From Candidatus Sumerlaeaceae bacterium (GTDB lineage Bacteria > Sumerlaeota > Sumerlaeia > Sumerlaeales > Sumerlaeaceae), in the NCBI GenBank assembly GCA_049968255.1, contig JBMFRB010000004.1:192001-256000 (forward strand): a DNA stretch of 64,000 nt, in the 5' to 3' direction. The notes beneath the pieces are model-generated. The model saw only the letters and a program-made list of their open reading frames with translations. It was not told the DNA's origin and made no database searches. A program made the position numbers and the translations under genes. Position 1 is the first letter of the stretch. Each line of letters starts with the position of its first letter. Below are positions 18,998 through 29,007 of this stretch, in pieces.

Positions 18998-20233
18998 ATG
19001 CGACAATTTATCAAAAGTCGATCCGTGTGGGTGGAAGGAACCCACCTGCGCTACAATGCGGTACTATGCATCGAGAACGGCATCGTTGCCGATATCCTTT
19101 CCGAACACCAGATCAATCTCGATGCTTCTGTAGTCCCGGTGCTGGAAGAAGAGATCCTTCTGCCAGGATTCATCAACTCCCACGCCCACATCGAATACAG
19201 TTTTTGCCGAGGCAAGTTACCGCGTGGCCCTGTGTCCTTTGCACAGTGGATTGAGGCTATCGGTGAGCTAAAACGCAATGCGACGCAAACGGACGTCGTG
19301 GAGGCAGCTCGCGAGGCAATGCGTGAGCTGGCTGCTGGCGGAGCCACGACCGTGATTGATTGCGCTCATCGCCGAGAGATGACAGCGTTGTGGGGCGAAA
19401 GTCGCCTGCGTCATGTGATCTTGTGGGAACTGATTGCCCTCTTTGATGAGCAAGCCGATGCCGTGTGGAAAAATGTCGAGCTCCAGTTGAATGCACCCCG
19501 AGTGCCCCACTGCATTGCCGTCGGCCTCAACCCACATGCTCCCTATAGTGTCGGAGCTCGACTGCGTGAACATCTTCGAGCGCATGCAGCAGCTCACCCT
19601 GACACACCAATCGGCTGGCATCTGGCAGAAACGGACGAGGAGATGCGCTTTTTCCAGACGGGCCTAGGGCCGTTCCGTGATTTTTGCACCAGGCATCAGC
19701 TGCCAACCGCATTTGATGAGATGCCAGCATGCTCACCGACCGCATTCCTCGCCAGGGAAGGCCTCCTCGAATCAGCAGACTTGCTTTTCCATTTCAACCA
19801 CTTTTCCCGAGAAGATGTGAACCTTCTGAGCCGACACCAGACGATTGTCTATTGCCCCACAACCCATCGTTATTTTGCGCGCCCCTCATTTGACTTATAT
19901 ACTCTTCATCGCGCTGGTGTGCCCGTGGCTCTTGGTACGGACAGTCTCGCTACCAGCGACACACTCTCGATGCTCGACACGCTGCGAATGGCCTCAGAAA
20001 ACTTTCCGTCGCTCACCGGTTCTCAGCTCTTGGCGATGGTGACAACGATCCCCGCTCGCTCCACTTTTCTCCGGAGCGTGAAACCGCCGATTGGAACGAT
20101 TGCACGTGGGGCTGCGGCTGATTTCACTGCTCTCGCGACCGACCTCCCGCTCGATTGTGATTTGCGCGAGATCCTTATCCATCCCTCGACGAAAGTAATG
20201 GCCACTTATGTCGGCGGAGTGAAAGTTTACTAA
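18998..20233 (+). CDS. metal-dependent amidohydrolase (possible aminodeoxyfutalosine deaminase)
   Basis: PGFINSHAHIE, PHAPYSV, HLAE and LGTDSLA. Confidence 0.8.
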   Translation: MRQFIKSRSVWVEGTHLRYNAVLCIENGIVADILSEHQINLDASVVPVLEEEILLPGFINSHAHIEYSFCRGKLPRGPVSFAQWIEAIGELKRNATQTDVVEAAREAMRELAAGGATTVIDCAHRREMTALWGESRLRHVILWELIALFDEQADAVWKNVELQLNAPRVPHCIAVGLNPHAPYSVGARLREHLRAHAAAHPDTPIGWHLAETDEEMRFFQTGLGPFRDFCTRHQLPTAFDEMPACSPTAFLAREGLLESADLLFHFNHFSREDVNLLSRHQTIVYCPTTHRYFARPSFDLYTLHRAGVPVALGTDSLATSDTLSMLDTLRMASENFPSLTGSQLLAMVTTIPARSTFLRSVKPPIGTIARGAAADFTALATDLPLDCDLREILIHPSTKVMATYVGGVKVY

Positions 20234-20238
20234 CACAC

Positions 20239-22854
20239 ATGTTGCCGCTTGCGCACTCGCTCATTGCCTTGTTCTTGCTCGCCGGCCTTGTGCTGCTGGT
20301 GGGCTACGCTCTATCTTTGCCGCTTCTGCAAGTGCTGCACTCTGGCTCCAAGAAATTCACCTTAGGCGAAGCTATCAGCCTTTGCGCCGTCACAGGCGTC
20401 GCAGCCGCGACATTCCTTGGCCTTGCTCTCGGGTATGCAGGTTTCTTCAGTTTGCATGTGCTCGGCTTGGGCTTGGGGGGGGTGGCCTCGATGCTCTTAG
20501 CCAAACATAGGGCGGCGATCTGGACTTTACGAGCAGCCTGCGCATCAAAGGGCGAGCTCGCCGCCGCGGCATTAGCTCTGGTGCTTATCGCCTATGCGAC
20601 CGCGCTGCGTTCCCATGAGATCGCAGGAATGAGAGATCAAGGAGTTTACACGGCCACCGGAATACAACTAGCCCGCACCGGAAGTTTTTTCTGGCGAGAC
20701 GCGCTTATTACTAAATACGGCTTCGAACGAGTCGCTCACCTCTTCGAAGATATAGGCGAAATTCTGCAAGGGCGACCACGCTACCTGCGCTTTGCCGGTT
20801 TTTACCTGGATCCGCCGGACTGTGGTCGCGTTGTTCCCCAATTTCTTCATGGCTATGAGGTGTGGATTGCGCTGGCGTATCAGGTCGGCGGCCCTCAAGC
20901 CACGCAATGTGTCAACGGCGTCTTTGCAGCGCTGGGACTTTTCGCGTTTTTTCTTGTAATTCGGCGATTGTACGACACGCGCCTTGCTTTGCTGGGAGCA
21001 ATCTTGTTAGCGACAAGCCTTCCGCAACTCTGGTACGCGCGTTTCCCCAGCAATGAGCCGGTGCTCCAGTTTCTGATTTGGGGAGTGCTTCTTTCCTACA
21101 TCTTGCTGCGAGACGTTGCGCGAACGCACGCCTCAACATGCGACAACCCACTACCGCGCTCGCTAAATTTTCCGTTGTTTTTGCCAATTGCCGCTGCAGC
21201 GACTGTGAAATTTGCCTTCTGGCCTTTGCTTGCGGTGTTTGCCTTCGAATTGGGCGCAGCGTGCCATCAGCAGTGTCGTTGTCTTCGCACCCGCTCTATT
21301 TTGGGATGGCTTCTCGCCATCTCTTTATTTGCCTATCTTCACGCGTTCTTCTTTGCGCGGTTCTACCTGTACGGATCTTGGAACTTTACCATCCGCAAGT
21401 TTGGGATCACGTTTCAGATGTTCCCCGTGATCCTCATAGGTGGCACGATGGCGGCTTTCGTGGCCGGCGCGATAGTCTCTGATTTTGCCCAACCCATAGC
21501 GAAGCTTTGGTCGCGCGTGCGAGGAATTTTCGCGCTTCTTTTTTTTGCGCTCATCGCAATCGTGTATGTCTATCAGTGCTATGTAGGCCACTACCTCCAT
21601 TCGTCGGACGTTTGGAGCGAGCAGACCAACCTCTACGAGTTTGCGCAATACTATGGAATCCTCGGTTTTGCCGTTGCCGTGGCCGGATTTGCTCTTTGGC
21701 TAAAGCGCGGAAATCCCCATGAGACAGCGCGCCTTCTGGTGCTGCTGATTCTCGCCGCCTCTGTGTTTTTGGTGAAGCGCAATCTCGACGCTATTCATCC
21801 CTGGGCGAGTCGTCGATGGCTGCCTGTCCTTGTCCCGTCGATGGCTTTGGCCGCAGCTTTAGCTCTAAACGAATTGTCAACCTTATGTTCCAGAGCATGG
21901 AGGAGGCTTGTCAGTGTCGCTGGAACATGTGCGGTTGTGGCGAGCCAGCTGCTGCAAGGGCCGCTTCTCGTCACGACAGCTAATTATCGGGGAGCAATTC
22001 CACAGGTGGACCAGTGGACGCGCTTCTTGCATGCCGAGGATTTCGTCCTCCTTGAGCCCACAGCGCTCATCGCACAATTTGGCCCATATCTCGCGGCCCG
22101 ATTCGACATTCAAGGCTATGTCCAGAAAAACACACCAGAATTCTGGGAAAAGACGAAAAATGTTGCATTCGGGCAAGGTCAGCCTGCACACCGCACCATC
22201 TATGTCACCGACGAAGACCTTTCTGTCTCATGCGCGAATTTCGCCAGGCTGGTAGGCACCAGTGTCTTGCACTATCCGGTCATTCTCGATAAACTCAGGT
22301 CACTTCCCGAGAGAGCATTGCATATTCACGAAACGGTTCGCTTCTATGAGCTCGACTGGGCGAAAATGCCAGCTGGTTGGTGGACTGGCTGGAAACCGAA
22401 GCTGGAGCCGGGTCCACCAAGTCCACTTCCAGCTGTTTTGCGGATGGGCAGCCAGGCCGAACCCTATCTGGTGCAAGGCTTCTTTGATCCTACGCCTCAG
22501 AACGACGGCACAGCCTACCGCTGGACGAATGGCAACGCGCGCTTGGCTATCGGTCGCCTCATTAAATTCCCTTTGCCGCAGCGGCCGATACGGATTATCA
22601 TTACAGGTCACTCCGGAAGAAAGGATCAGTCCCTCGAGGTACATTGGTACTTGGATCTCGACAAACCCTACCGAGCCAAGAAGCTCGCTGTTACCACAGT
22701 CGGTCGCGATTGGACCGTATGCGCTGTCTCGGTTCCTCCGGAGGATCTTGCGCCCGACTCCACCCTTGAGCTTCAATCGCTCCGGCCTGCGGTTGCCCCT
22801 GAGTTTCCTGCCGGGCGTTTGGGTTTCCGTTTGTTGGAGGTTCGCGTGGAGTAG
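20239..22854 (+). CDS. GT-C fold membrane glycosyltransferase (ArnT/PMT-like)
   Basis: Many TM segments, luminal 'RDQGVY' loop, 'QLWYARFPSNE', and a soluble C-terminal domain ('YRWTNG'). Confidence 0.6.
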   Translation: MLPLAHSLIALFLLAGLVLLVGYALSLPLLQVLHSGSKKFTLGEAISLCAVTGVAAATFLGLALGYAGFFSLHVLGLGLGGVASMLLAKHRAAIWTLRAACASKGELAAAALALVLIAYATALRSHEIAGMRDQGVYTATGIQLARTGSFFWRDALITKYGFERVAHLFEDIGEILQGRPRYLRFAGFYLDPPDCGRVVPQFLHGYEVWIALAYQVGGPQATQCVNGVFAALGLFAFFLVIRRLYDTRLALLGAILLATSLPQLWYARFPSNEPVLQFLIWGVLLSYILLRDVARTHASTCDNPLPRSLNFPLFLPIAAAATVKFAFWPLLAVFAFELGAACHQQCRCLRTRSILGWLLAISLFAYLHAFFFARFYLYGSWNFTIRKFGITFQMFPVILIGGTMAAFVAGAIVSDFAQPIAKLWSRVRGIFALLFFALIAIVYVYQCYVGHYLHSSDVWSEQTNLYEFAQYYGILGFAVAVAGFALWLKRGNPHETARLLVLLILAASVFLVKRNLDAIHPWASRRWLPVLVPSMALAAALALNELSTLCSRAWRRLVSVAGTCAVVASQLLQGPLLVTTANYRGAIPQVDQWTRFLHAEDFVLLEPTALIAQFGPYLAARFDIQGYVQKNTPEFWEKTKNVAFGQGQPAHRTIYVTDEDLSVSCANFARLVGTSVLHYPVILDKLRSLPERALHIHETVRFYELDWAKMPAGWWTGWKPKLEPGPPSPLPAVLRMGSQAEPYLVQGFFDPTPQNDGTAYRWTNGNARLAIGRLIKFPLPQRPIRIIITGHSGRKDQSLEVHWYLDLDKPYRAKKLAVTTVGRDWTVCAVSVPPEDLAPDSTLELQSLRPAVAPEFPAGRLGFRLLEVRVE

Positions 22855-22929
22855 CACTGTCTGGGTGAAAGATTGACAAAGATGTTGCGATTCGCGGACA
22901 AGCAATTTATGAATTTTTGGAGGCCTTCT

Positions 22930-23346
22930 ATGCGCCCTATGTCGATTTGCGCTGTTGTTGCTGCACTAGCATGTGCTGTGTTATCGGGATGCTCTGCGAG
23001 CCCGCGGGAAATTCAGCGTTTAGACCCCGGCGAGGTCCGTCCCGCTCGGCCGCCGCGCAGCGTGGAACTTCTCACAAAGGCTCCAGACCGGCCGTATCGA
23101 GAGATCGCTGTCGTGGACAGCTTTCGAGCGAAGAAACTCGATCCAGAAGTCACAGCTCGCATGATGGAAGATTTGCAAAAGAAGGCTGCAAGGTTTGGTG
23201 CTGATGCCGTCGTCGACGTGCGCCGCTTGGCGGATCGCCACGAAGGCTTTGTGAACAATCCTCGCACGCCGTTTCCCTCTCTGATGCAGGGCCAGTGGAA
23301 AACGTATTTTTTCCGCGGCAGAGCCATACGTTACATAAACCGCTAG
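22930..23346 (+). CDS. small lipoprotein with a YbjQ-like domain
   Basis: Lipobox LSGC, 'PDRPYREIAVV', 'LQKKAARFGADAVV' and 'GRAIRY'. Start is uncertain (22873-22939). Confidence 0.7.
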   Translation: MRPMSICAVVAALACAVLSGCSASPREIQRLDPGEVRPARPPRSVELLTKAPDRPYREIAVVDSFRAKKLDPEVTARMMEDLQKKAARFGADAVVDVRRLADRHEGFVNNPRTPFPSLMQGQWKTYFFRGRAIRYINR

Positions 23347-23362
23347 TCGAGGGATCATACCG

Positions 23363-24466
23363 ATGCAGCCACGTCGCCGAATTGCAATTCTTGCCGAGGG
23401 TGCGTTTTCAATTTTTGGCGCAAAGACCGCTGTCGGCGTGCTGCGTTACTCGCGGCACCAGGTGGTCGCTGTGATTGATTCGACCAAAAGCGGCAAAGTG
23501 GTCGAAGATATTCTTGGTTTTGGCGGTGACATTCCTATTGTAGAATCTGTCGAACAAGCTTTGGCGTTTCGGCCCGAAGTTCTCCTCATTGGCATAGCGC
23601 CTACGGGTGGACAGCTTTTGCCTCAGTTCCGACACGCGCTTCTTGAGGCGATACGCCATGGTCTCGACATCTGGAGCGGCCTCCACTACTTCCTTTCTGA
23701 TGACGAAGAGCTTGCCGCTGAGGCTGCTCGATGCAATGTGCGATTATGGGACGTCCGAAAACCCCGACGTGACCTCGTCGTCGGATCTGGTAAAGCGCTG
23801 ACGACGAAGGCGTATGTGGTTCTCACCGTAGGCACGGACTGCAACGTCGGAAAAATGACCGCTGCGCTCGAACTCCGCAACGCTCTGGCCCAGCGTGGGG
23901 TTCGCGCCGCTTTTGTTGCAACGGGTCAAACAGGTATTCTTATCGAAGGCGAGGGAACACCGCTCGACGCTGTTCCGGGGGACTTTATGTCGGGGGAGGT
24001 GGAGCACCTTGTCCTCCAAAAAGATGCGGAGGGAGCGGAGGTGATTTTGGTCGAAGGGCAAGGAAGTCTTTTGCATCCCGGCTTCGGGCCCGTCACGCTC
24101 GCGCTGATGCTTGGCGCGATGCCTGATGATTTCATTCTCTGCAGTGTGCCAACGCGCCAAACCTACCGACCAAATCATGTGCTCCCCATACCACCCCTCA
24201 AGGAAATCATCCGATTGTATGAGGGTGTCATGGGCGTTGCTTACAAAGCACCGAAAGTGCGTGGCCTTGCGCTCAATACAAGCGAGCTTTCTGATCGCGA
24301 TGCTTTCGATATCATAGAAAGGTACACCCAAGAAATCGGCCTCCCTGTTTGCGATCCCTTTCGCACTGGTGTTCATAACTTAGTCGATGCACTTTTGCCC
24401 TACATGGAAAGCAAACGAACTAGGCCAGTTACCGACGAGCATTCCAATGGTGAAGCTCTCAAATAG
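23363..24466 (+). CDS. DUF1611 family protein (DgcN-like)
   Basis: 'KTAVGVLRY', 'IGIAPTGG', 'SGLH', 'VGTDCNVGKMT', 'ATGQTGI' and 'VEGQGSL'. Confidence 0.9.
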   Translation: MQPRRRIAILAEGAFSIFGAKTAVGVLRYSRHQVVAVIDSTKSGKVVEDILGFGGDIPIVESVEQALAFRPEVLLIGIAPTGGQLLPQFRHALLEAIRHGLDIWSGLHYFLSDDEELAAEAARCNVRLWDVRKPRRDLVVGSGKALTTKAYVVLTVGTDCNVGKMTAALELRNALAQRGVRAAFVATGQTGILIEGEGTPLDAVPGDFMSGEVEHLVLQKDAEGAEVILVEGQGSLLHPGFGPVTLALMLGAMPDDFILCSVPTRQTYRPNHVLPIPPLKEIIRLYEGVMGVAYKAPKVRGLALNTSELSDRDAFDIIERYTQEIGLPVCDPFRTGVHNLVDALLPYMESKRTRPVTDEHSNGEALK

Positions 24467-26309
24467 CGTAAAGCTAAAAGTTCAGGGCGTACTTTCAGTC
24501 AGCAAAACAGTTCCAAGCGGATTGCCTCTTACTGAGGCACTTGCAGCTTGCGGTGTCCTCGTCAATCAGCCCTGTGGCGGGCGCGGCACTTGCGGCAAAT
24601 GTCGCGTCCGTTTTCTATCGCAGCCCCCTCAGCCGACAGCCGAGGAAACAGCTCTACTCGGTAGCGAGGCGCTGGCGCAAGGCTGGCGTCTTTCATGCCG
24701 CCACCAGCTTTGCCACGACGCTGTCGTAGAAAACGTGGCCGACTCCCCGCTCGGGGTATGGAAAGATTTCGGTCCCCCTGAGCCAATTCCCATAGCTGAG
24801 CAGCGCTGGCAAAAAATGCCCATCACGTTGGATAAGCGAGAAAACGATGAACGCGAGAGTGCATCAGTTGAGGAAGTGATCTGGCATGCAGCGACCGGAT
24901 CGTCTGCAAGGATCTTAGAGTTTTCGATGCGTGCTCGCCGCGAGCTTTCTCAACATATCGCGGACAGAACGAAAAATGTTGATCTATTGGTATGCGATGA
25001 GTGTCACGTGGCAAGTGCGAGGTTCCCTGGCTTGTCTTCGCACTACGCTGTGGCATTTGACGTTGGCACCACAACGCTTGCTGCCGCGCTCCTGGATCTT
25101 CGGGACGGGCGCATTGTGAAATCGGTGACTGAGCTGAATCCTCAGGTACGGTTTGGGGGCGACGTTATCTCACGCATTGCCTACAGTGTTGAACACGGAT
25201 GCCTCCCCCTGCGTCAGGTTCTCACTAAGGCCTTGGAGCAGATGACGCTCCAACTGTGCAAGGCAGCTGAGATTTCTCCATCGCAGATAGTGGCTGGGGC
25301 TCTAGTGGGAAATTCTTTTATGCTTCACTCTCTTCTCGGCGTGAATCCTTATTCGCTTGGCCAAGCTCCCTATCGACCTCTGTGGCGTGAGCCCCTTGAG
25401 CTCCTCGGCTCGGAGATTGGCTTGCCTGCGCTAGCGGAAGCGCTGGTTTTTGTGCCACCCCTTCTAGGGAACCATGTCGGCGCGGACGCAGCGGCCGCTA
25501 TTGTGGCCACACAGCTCGACGTGGGAGAAGCGCCGCGGCTGCTGGTAGACCTCGGCACGAATTGCGAGGTCGTCCTATCCGTCAAAGGCTCATTACTTGT
25601 GACGTCCGCTGCTGCAGGGCCCGCATTTGAAGGCGGAAATATCACCCATGGGATGCGTGCCACACGAGGTGCAATAGATCGAGCTGCCCTGACCGCCGCC
25701 GGCGATCTGTGGATTCACACGATAGGGAATTCCCAGCCTCTTGGAATTTGTGGGGCTGGTCTCGTTCATCTGGTGGATTTGTTAGTTTCCCTGGGCGTGA
25801 TTGATCAAACAGGCCGGCTGCTTTGGCGCGAAGAACTGCCTGAGCCGGTTGCGTCCTGGCCACTGGCCGAACGCATTGTCTGTAGCCCCTCAGGCGAACA
25901 AGCTTTTGTTGTCGCTGATCCCCCTCATGGCAAAACGATCACACTTACGGCTTCTGATGTACGCCAATTGCAATTGGTGAAAGGTTCGATTCGGGCAGCG
26001 ATAGAAATTCTCCTCAAGGAAGCGGAGCTCTCTGCGGATCAACTTCAGACCATCTTTGTGACAGGACTTTTGGGATGCCATCTCAAGAAGTCCAGTTTGC
26101 TTCGCCTCGGTCTCTTGCCATTAGTCAAACCTGGCAAGATCGAGCTGCTTGGCAATGCAGCGGCTTTCGGATGCCGTCAGGTTCTCGTAGATAAATCAGC
26201 ATGGAAGCGCGCATGCGCTTTGCCCAGTTCTGCCCGACACGTCGAGCTCGCCGAGCACGCTGACTATGCAGATCGGTTCGCGCAGATGATGGCGTTTTCC
26301 CCCGCCTAA
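24447..26309 (+). CDS. ASKHA-family reductive activator of corrinoid proteins (RACo) with an N-terminal 2Fe-2S ferredoxin domain
   Basis: CGGRGTCGKC...RLSC, DVGTTT, NPQ..FGGDVISR, DLGTNCE, AAGPAFEG, GICG and GNAA. Confidence 0.92.
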   Translation: MVKLSNSVKLKVQGVLSVSKTVPSGLPLTEALAACGVLVNQPCGGRGTCGKCRVRFLSQPPQPTAEETALLGSEALAQGWRLSCRHQLCHDAVVENVADSPLGVWKDFGPPEPIPIAEQRWQKMPITLDKRENDERESASVEEVIWHAATGSSARILEFSMRARRELSQHIADRTKNVDLLVCDECHVASARFPGLSSHYAVAFDVGTTTLAAALLDLRDGRIVKSVTELNPQVRFGGDVISRIAYSVEHGCLPLRQVLTKALEQMTLQLCKAAEISPSQIVAGALVGNSFMLHSLLGVNPYSLGQAPYRPLWREPLELLGSEIGLPALAEALVFVPPLLGNHVGADAAAAIVATQLDVGEAPRLLVDLGTNCEVVLSVKGSLLVTSAAAGPAFEGGNITHGMRATRGAIDRAALTAAGDLWIHTIGNSQPLGICGAGLVHLVDLLVSLGVIDQTGRLLWREELPEPVASWPLAERIVCSPSGEQAFVVADPPHGKTITLTASDVRQLQLVKGSIRAAIEILLKEAELSADQLQTIFVTGLLGCHLKKSSLLRLGLLPLVKPGKIELLGNAAAFGCRQVLVDKSAWKRACALPSSARHVELAEHADYADRFAQMMAFSPA

Positions 26310-26383
26310 TCGCGCGTCAAATTCTCAGGGAAGCGAACCTTGCCCCTTCGCAACATTGAAGCCTGTGTGCTGGATAAAAGAAA

Positions 26384-27430
26384 TTATTGCTTCTCCAACG
26401 CTTGCAGTTGAGCTTTCAGGCTACGCTCTAGTCGATCAAGGGCAGGCATGTTATCAAATTCGTTTTTTAGCGCGATCACTCGCTCCAGAGCTGCCCTGAT
26501 GCCCTCAGCATCATTCTCGGCGAGTTCACGCCGCGTCAGCGCTGACATGCTGCATGCGGCCAGTGTATCTTCCTCGTTGTAGATTGTCCAAGTTTTGCCA
26601 ATGGCGCCGTCCTTCGGTCGCTGGCGTTTCACGAGTTCCACAGCGCGATCAAACGCTTGCAGTGCTTCCTTTTTCTCACCGAGTTCACGCAATAAGTATC
26701 CGCGCATGAGCTCTAGTTGGAAGGCCGTCTTGTTGTGCTGCAATCCATCTTCGACAAACTTCACGGCCTCGCGCAACGCTTTCTCGTTGTGAAGTGTTTT
26801 CAGCCACCAGGCCCCAATCATGTACGCTCGCACATTTTTCGGATCGACGAGCGTGGCAAGCCGATACCACGGCAGCAGCTCCACCCCGCCAATGTGTTGG
26901 TGAGGGAGGCGAGGATCGCGCCACGGTTTCACCTGGCGTTCGAGGTCACCCAAGAAGCCCCGAAAATCGTTTTCCGGCGTGCGAATCAATGTCGCGAGGT
27001 GTTCGTGCCCGTGGTCATGTTCCTCGCCTGCGGTCTTACTGGTTTCGTGTTCCCGCAATGCCGGAGATGACGTTGCCGTGTCGGTTCCATGGCCCGGCTC
27101 AGTGGAGGAACTTTTCATGTGTTCAATGTTTCCCGATGCAGCCAACTCCTCCGCATCAATATGCGGCATATAAGCCACCCCACCATGAAGGTAGCGTTCT
27201 GTTTTGATAAAAAGCATATCACTGAGGTTGGTCCGAAACTCGCCAAGGATTGTGGCTATGGCGCTAGAGTTACGCCGCTGCTGCGCGGCGAAGTCTGAGA
27301 AACGCACCGAATAGGTTTCTTGCGCGGAAATCATTTTCAAAATTGCTGGGACCACAGCAAAGAGCACCGTGGCCGCCCATGTAGCTGCTCTCACGCTTTG
27401 CGCAACGACTGTGTCTTTTCGTTCTGCCAT
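26384..27430 (-). CDS. membrane-anchored TPR-like protein with a His-rich insert
   Basis: N-terminal TM, 'EEHDHGHEH', and TPR-like helices ('RLATLVDP', 'ALQAFDRAVEL'). Last gene of the ABC operon. Confidence 0.7.
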   Translation of the reverse strand: MAERKDTVVAQSVRAATWAATVLFAVVPAILKMISAQETYSVRFSDFAAQQRRNSSAIATILGEFRTNLSDMLFIKTERYLHGGVAYMPHIDAEELAASGNIEHMKSSSTEPGHGTDTATSSPALREHETSKTAGEEHDHGHEHLATLIRTPENDFRGFLGDLERQVKPWRDPRLPHQHIGGVELLPWYRLATLVDPKNVRAYMIGAWWLKTLHNEKALREAVKFVEDGLQHNKTAFQLELMRGYLLRELGEKKEALQAFDRAVELVKRQRPKDGAIGKTWTIYNEEDTLAACSMSALTRRELAENDAEGIRAALERVIALKNEFDNMPALDRLERSLKAQLQALEKQ

Positions 27431-27433
27431 AGT

Positions 27434-28234
27434 TTACAACCCCCTCTTATAGAAACTATAGCACGCCCAGCCGAGGCAAAACGCTGAGACTATGACCGCG
27501 TATCCGAGCCTCAGTGCCACATCAAGTGTTGGTAACGGCGGAATGCCATCTGTGTAGCGATCCACTAAGTTCAAAATTCCAAAATCAGGGATGTAACGTA
27601 CAATCCAATCGATGCATTGGCCCAAGGTCGTTTCGGGGAGGTGCCCTCGCACCGCAGCGCTTATCCGGTGTCCGGCAAGAAGAAGCAAAACAAGGACGAC
27701 AATGTTCACCGACTTAGGCCACCACACGGAAAGGAGAATTCCCATGGCTGCCAGCATTGCCAGCGAAGCCATTTGCAGCATCACAGCCTGGGCGAATGTC
27801 GCTGGGGAAAGTCCAGCCACATAAGGCGCCGGAAGCCAGCACAGCAAAAGAAGGGTAAAGGTCGTAAAAACACCAGCTACCCACGCCGCAAACCACTTTC
27901 CCAAAATGAAGTGATGGCGTGCCACCGGTTTTGCGAGAACTGGATAAATTGTGCGGGCTTCGATTTCATCCGGGAGGGCGCGCACAGCAAAAAGCAAAGC
28001 CATCAAATGGCCGAAAAAGAACGCTAACGAAAGTCCCAGGTTTAGTACGAAAGCTCCTGTTGCAGGATCTTCCACGCCAACGATGCGCACAAGCAAAGCT
28101 CCAACCAAATAAAGCCCCATCAAAAGTAGGAGAGCGTAGAACTCTCGACGGCGCAGAACTTCCAGAAAATGCGCACGCGTTAGGAGCGCGACTGCGCAAT
28201 TCAATGTCACGACACGAGTGCTTGAAGTCGTCAT
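27434..28234 (-). CDS. ABC-2 type exporter permease
   Basis: About 6 TM segments and 'EIEARTIYPVLAKPVAR...GKW'. Confidence 0.85.
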   Translation of the reverse strand: MTTSSTRVVTLNCAVALLTRAHFLEVLRRREFYALLLLMGLYLVGALLVRIVGVEDPATGAFVLNLGLSLAFFFGHLMALLFAVRALPDEIEARTIYPVLAKPVARHHFILGKWFAAWVAGVFTTFTLLLLCWLPAPYVAGLSPATFAQAVMLQMASLAMLAAMGILLSVWWPKSVNIVVLVLLLLAGHRISAAVRGHLPETTLGQCIDWIVRYIPDFGILNLVDRYTDGIPPLPTLDVALRLGYAVIVSAFCLGWACYSFYKRGL

Positions 28235-29007
28235 AGCGGCTTCCTCCGGAAAAAGAGGTAAGCTAAGCCAAAATAGGCAGACGCATAAACGGCCGCGTAG
28301 ACGGTTAGCGCCCCCATGGTCGACAAGGCTAATGGCTTCCAGGTGTCCGAGTGGACAACCTTCTCGCTCAAGTCAAGCAACCGCAGCTGCGGAACGAGGT
28401 ACAGAACTGCTTTCAGTGCTACCTTCACGTTACTGCCGACGTAGTCATATATGTAGGAAATGCTTGTCATGATAATAGAGGCGGCGAAGTAAAGGATGGC
28501 CCCGATGGTGATTGCTGCGTCCAGGTTTAGCCACATGGAGAGCCAGAATGCTAGTGTAGCCAGGATCAGTAGGGCGAGAAGTTGCAAATAAACAAATTGG
28601 AGCAACAGCCCCGGTGAGAGTTTCGAGCCGATGTAGATGGCCCCTGCAATATAAACAGCCAGGAAGAGAGCATAGGAAAAGGTTGCAGCCAACATCACAC
28701 CCAGAAGTTTGCCAGCCATGAACGTGGCGCGTGAAATTGGCTTGGCAAGAAGGGGATAGATCGTGCGCGCTTCGAATTCGCGCGGCAACTGGCGCGCCGC
28801 TAACACGATGGTTGTCAGGGCCGAGGCAGTGCTCATGACCGCCAGCGAAACCTCGCAGTAGAATTTGCTCAAGCCCCGCAAACCGAAGAAATCTATGGAC
28901 ATAACTCCAGCAATGACCAAACACGACACAAGCACAATGGCATAGATCTCCTTGCGCCGTACCGCTTCAACAAGCACACTACGCGCGATCAGCCATACGG
29001 CTCTCAT
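28231..29007 (-). CDS. ABC-2 type exporter permease (paralog)
   Basis: 'EFEARTIYPLLAKPISR...GKLLG'. Overlaps both neighbours by 4 bp (ATGA). Confidence 0.88.
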   Translation of the reverse strand: MRAVWLIARSVLVEAVRRKEIYAIVLVSCLVIAGVMSIDFFGLRGLSKFYCEVSLAVMSTASALTTIVLAARQLPREFEARTIYPLLAKPISRATFMAGKLLGVMLAATFSYALFLAVYIAGAIYIGSKLSPGLLLQFVYLQLLALLILATLAFWLSMWLNLDAAITIGAILYFAASIIMTSISYIYDYVGSNVKVALKAVLYLVPQLRLLDLSEKVVHSDTWKPLALSTMGALTVYAAVYASAYFGLAYLFFRRKPL

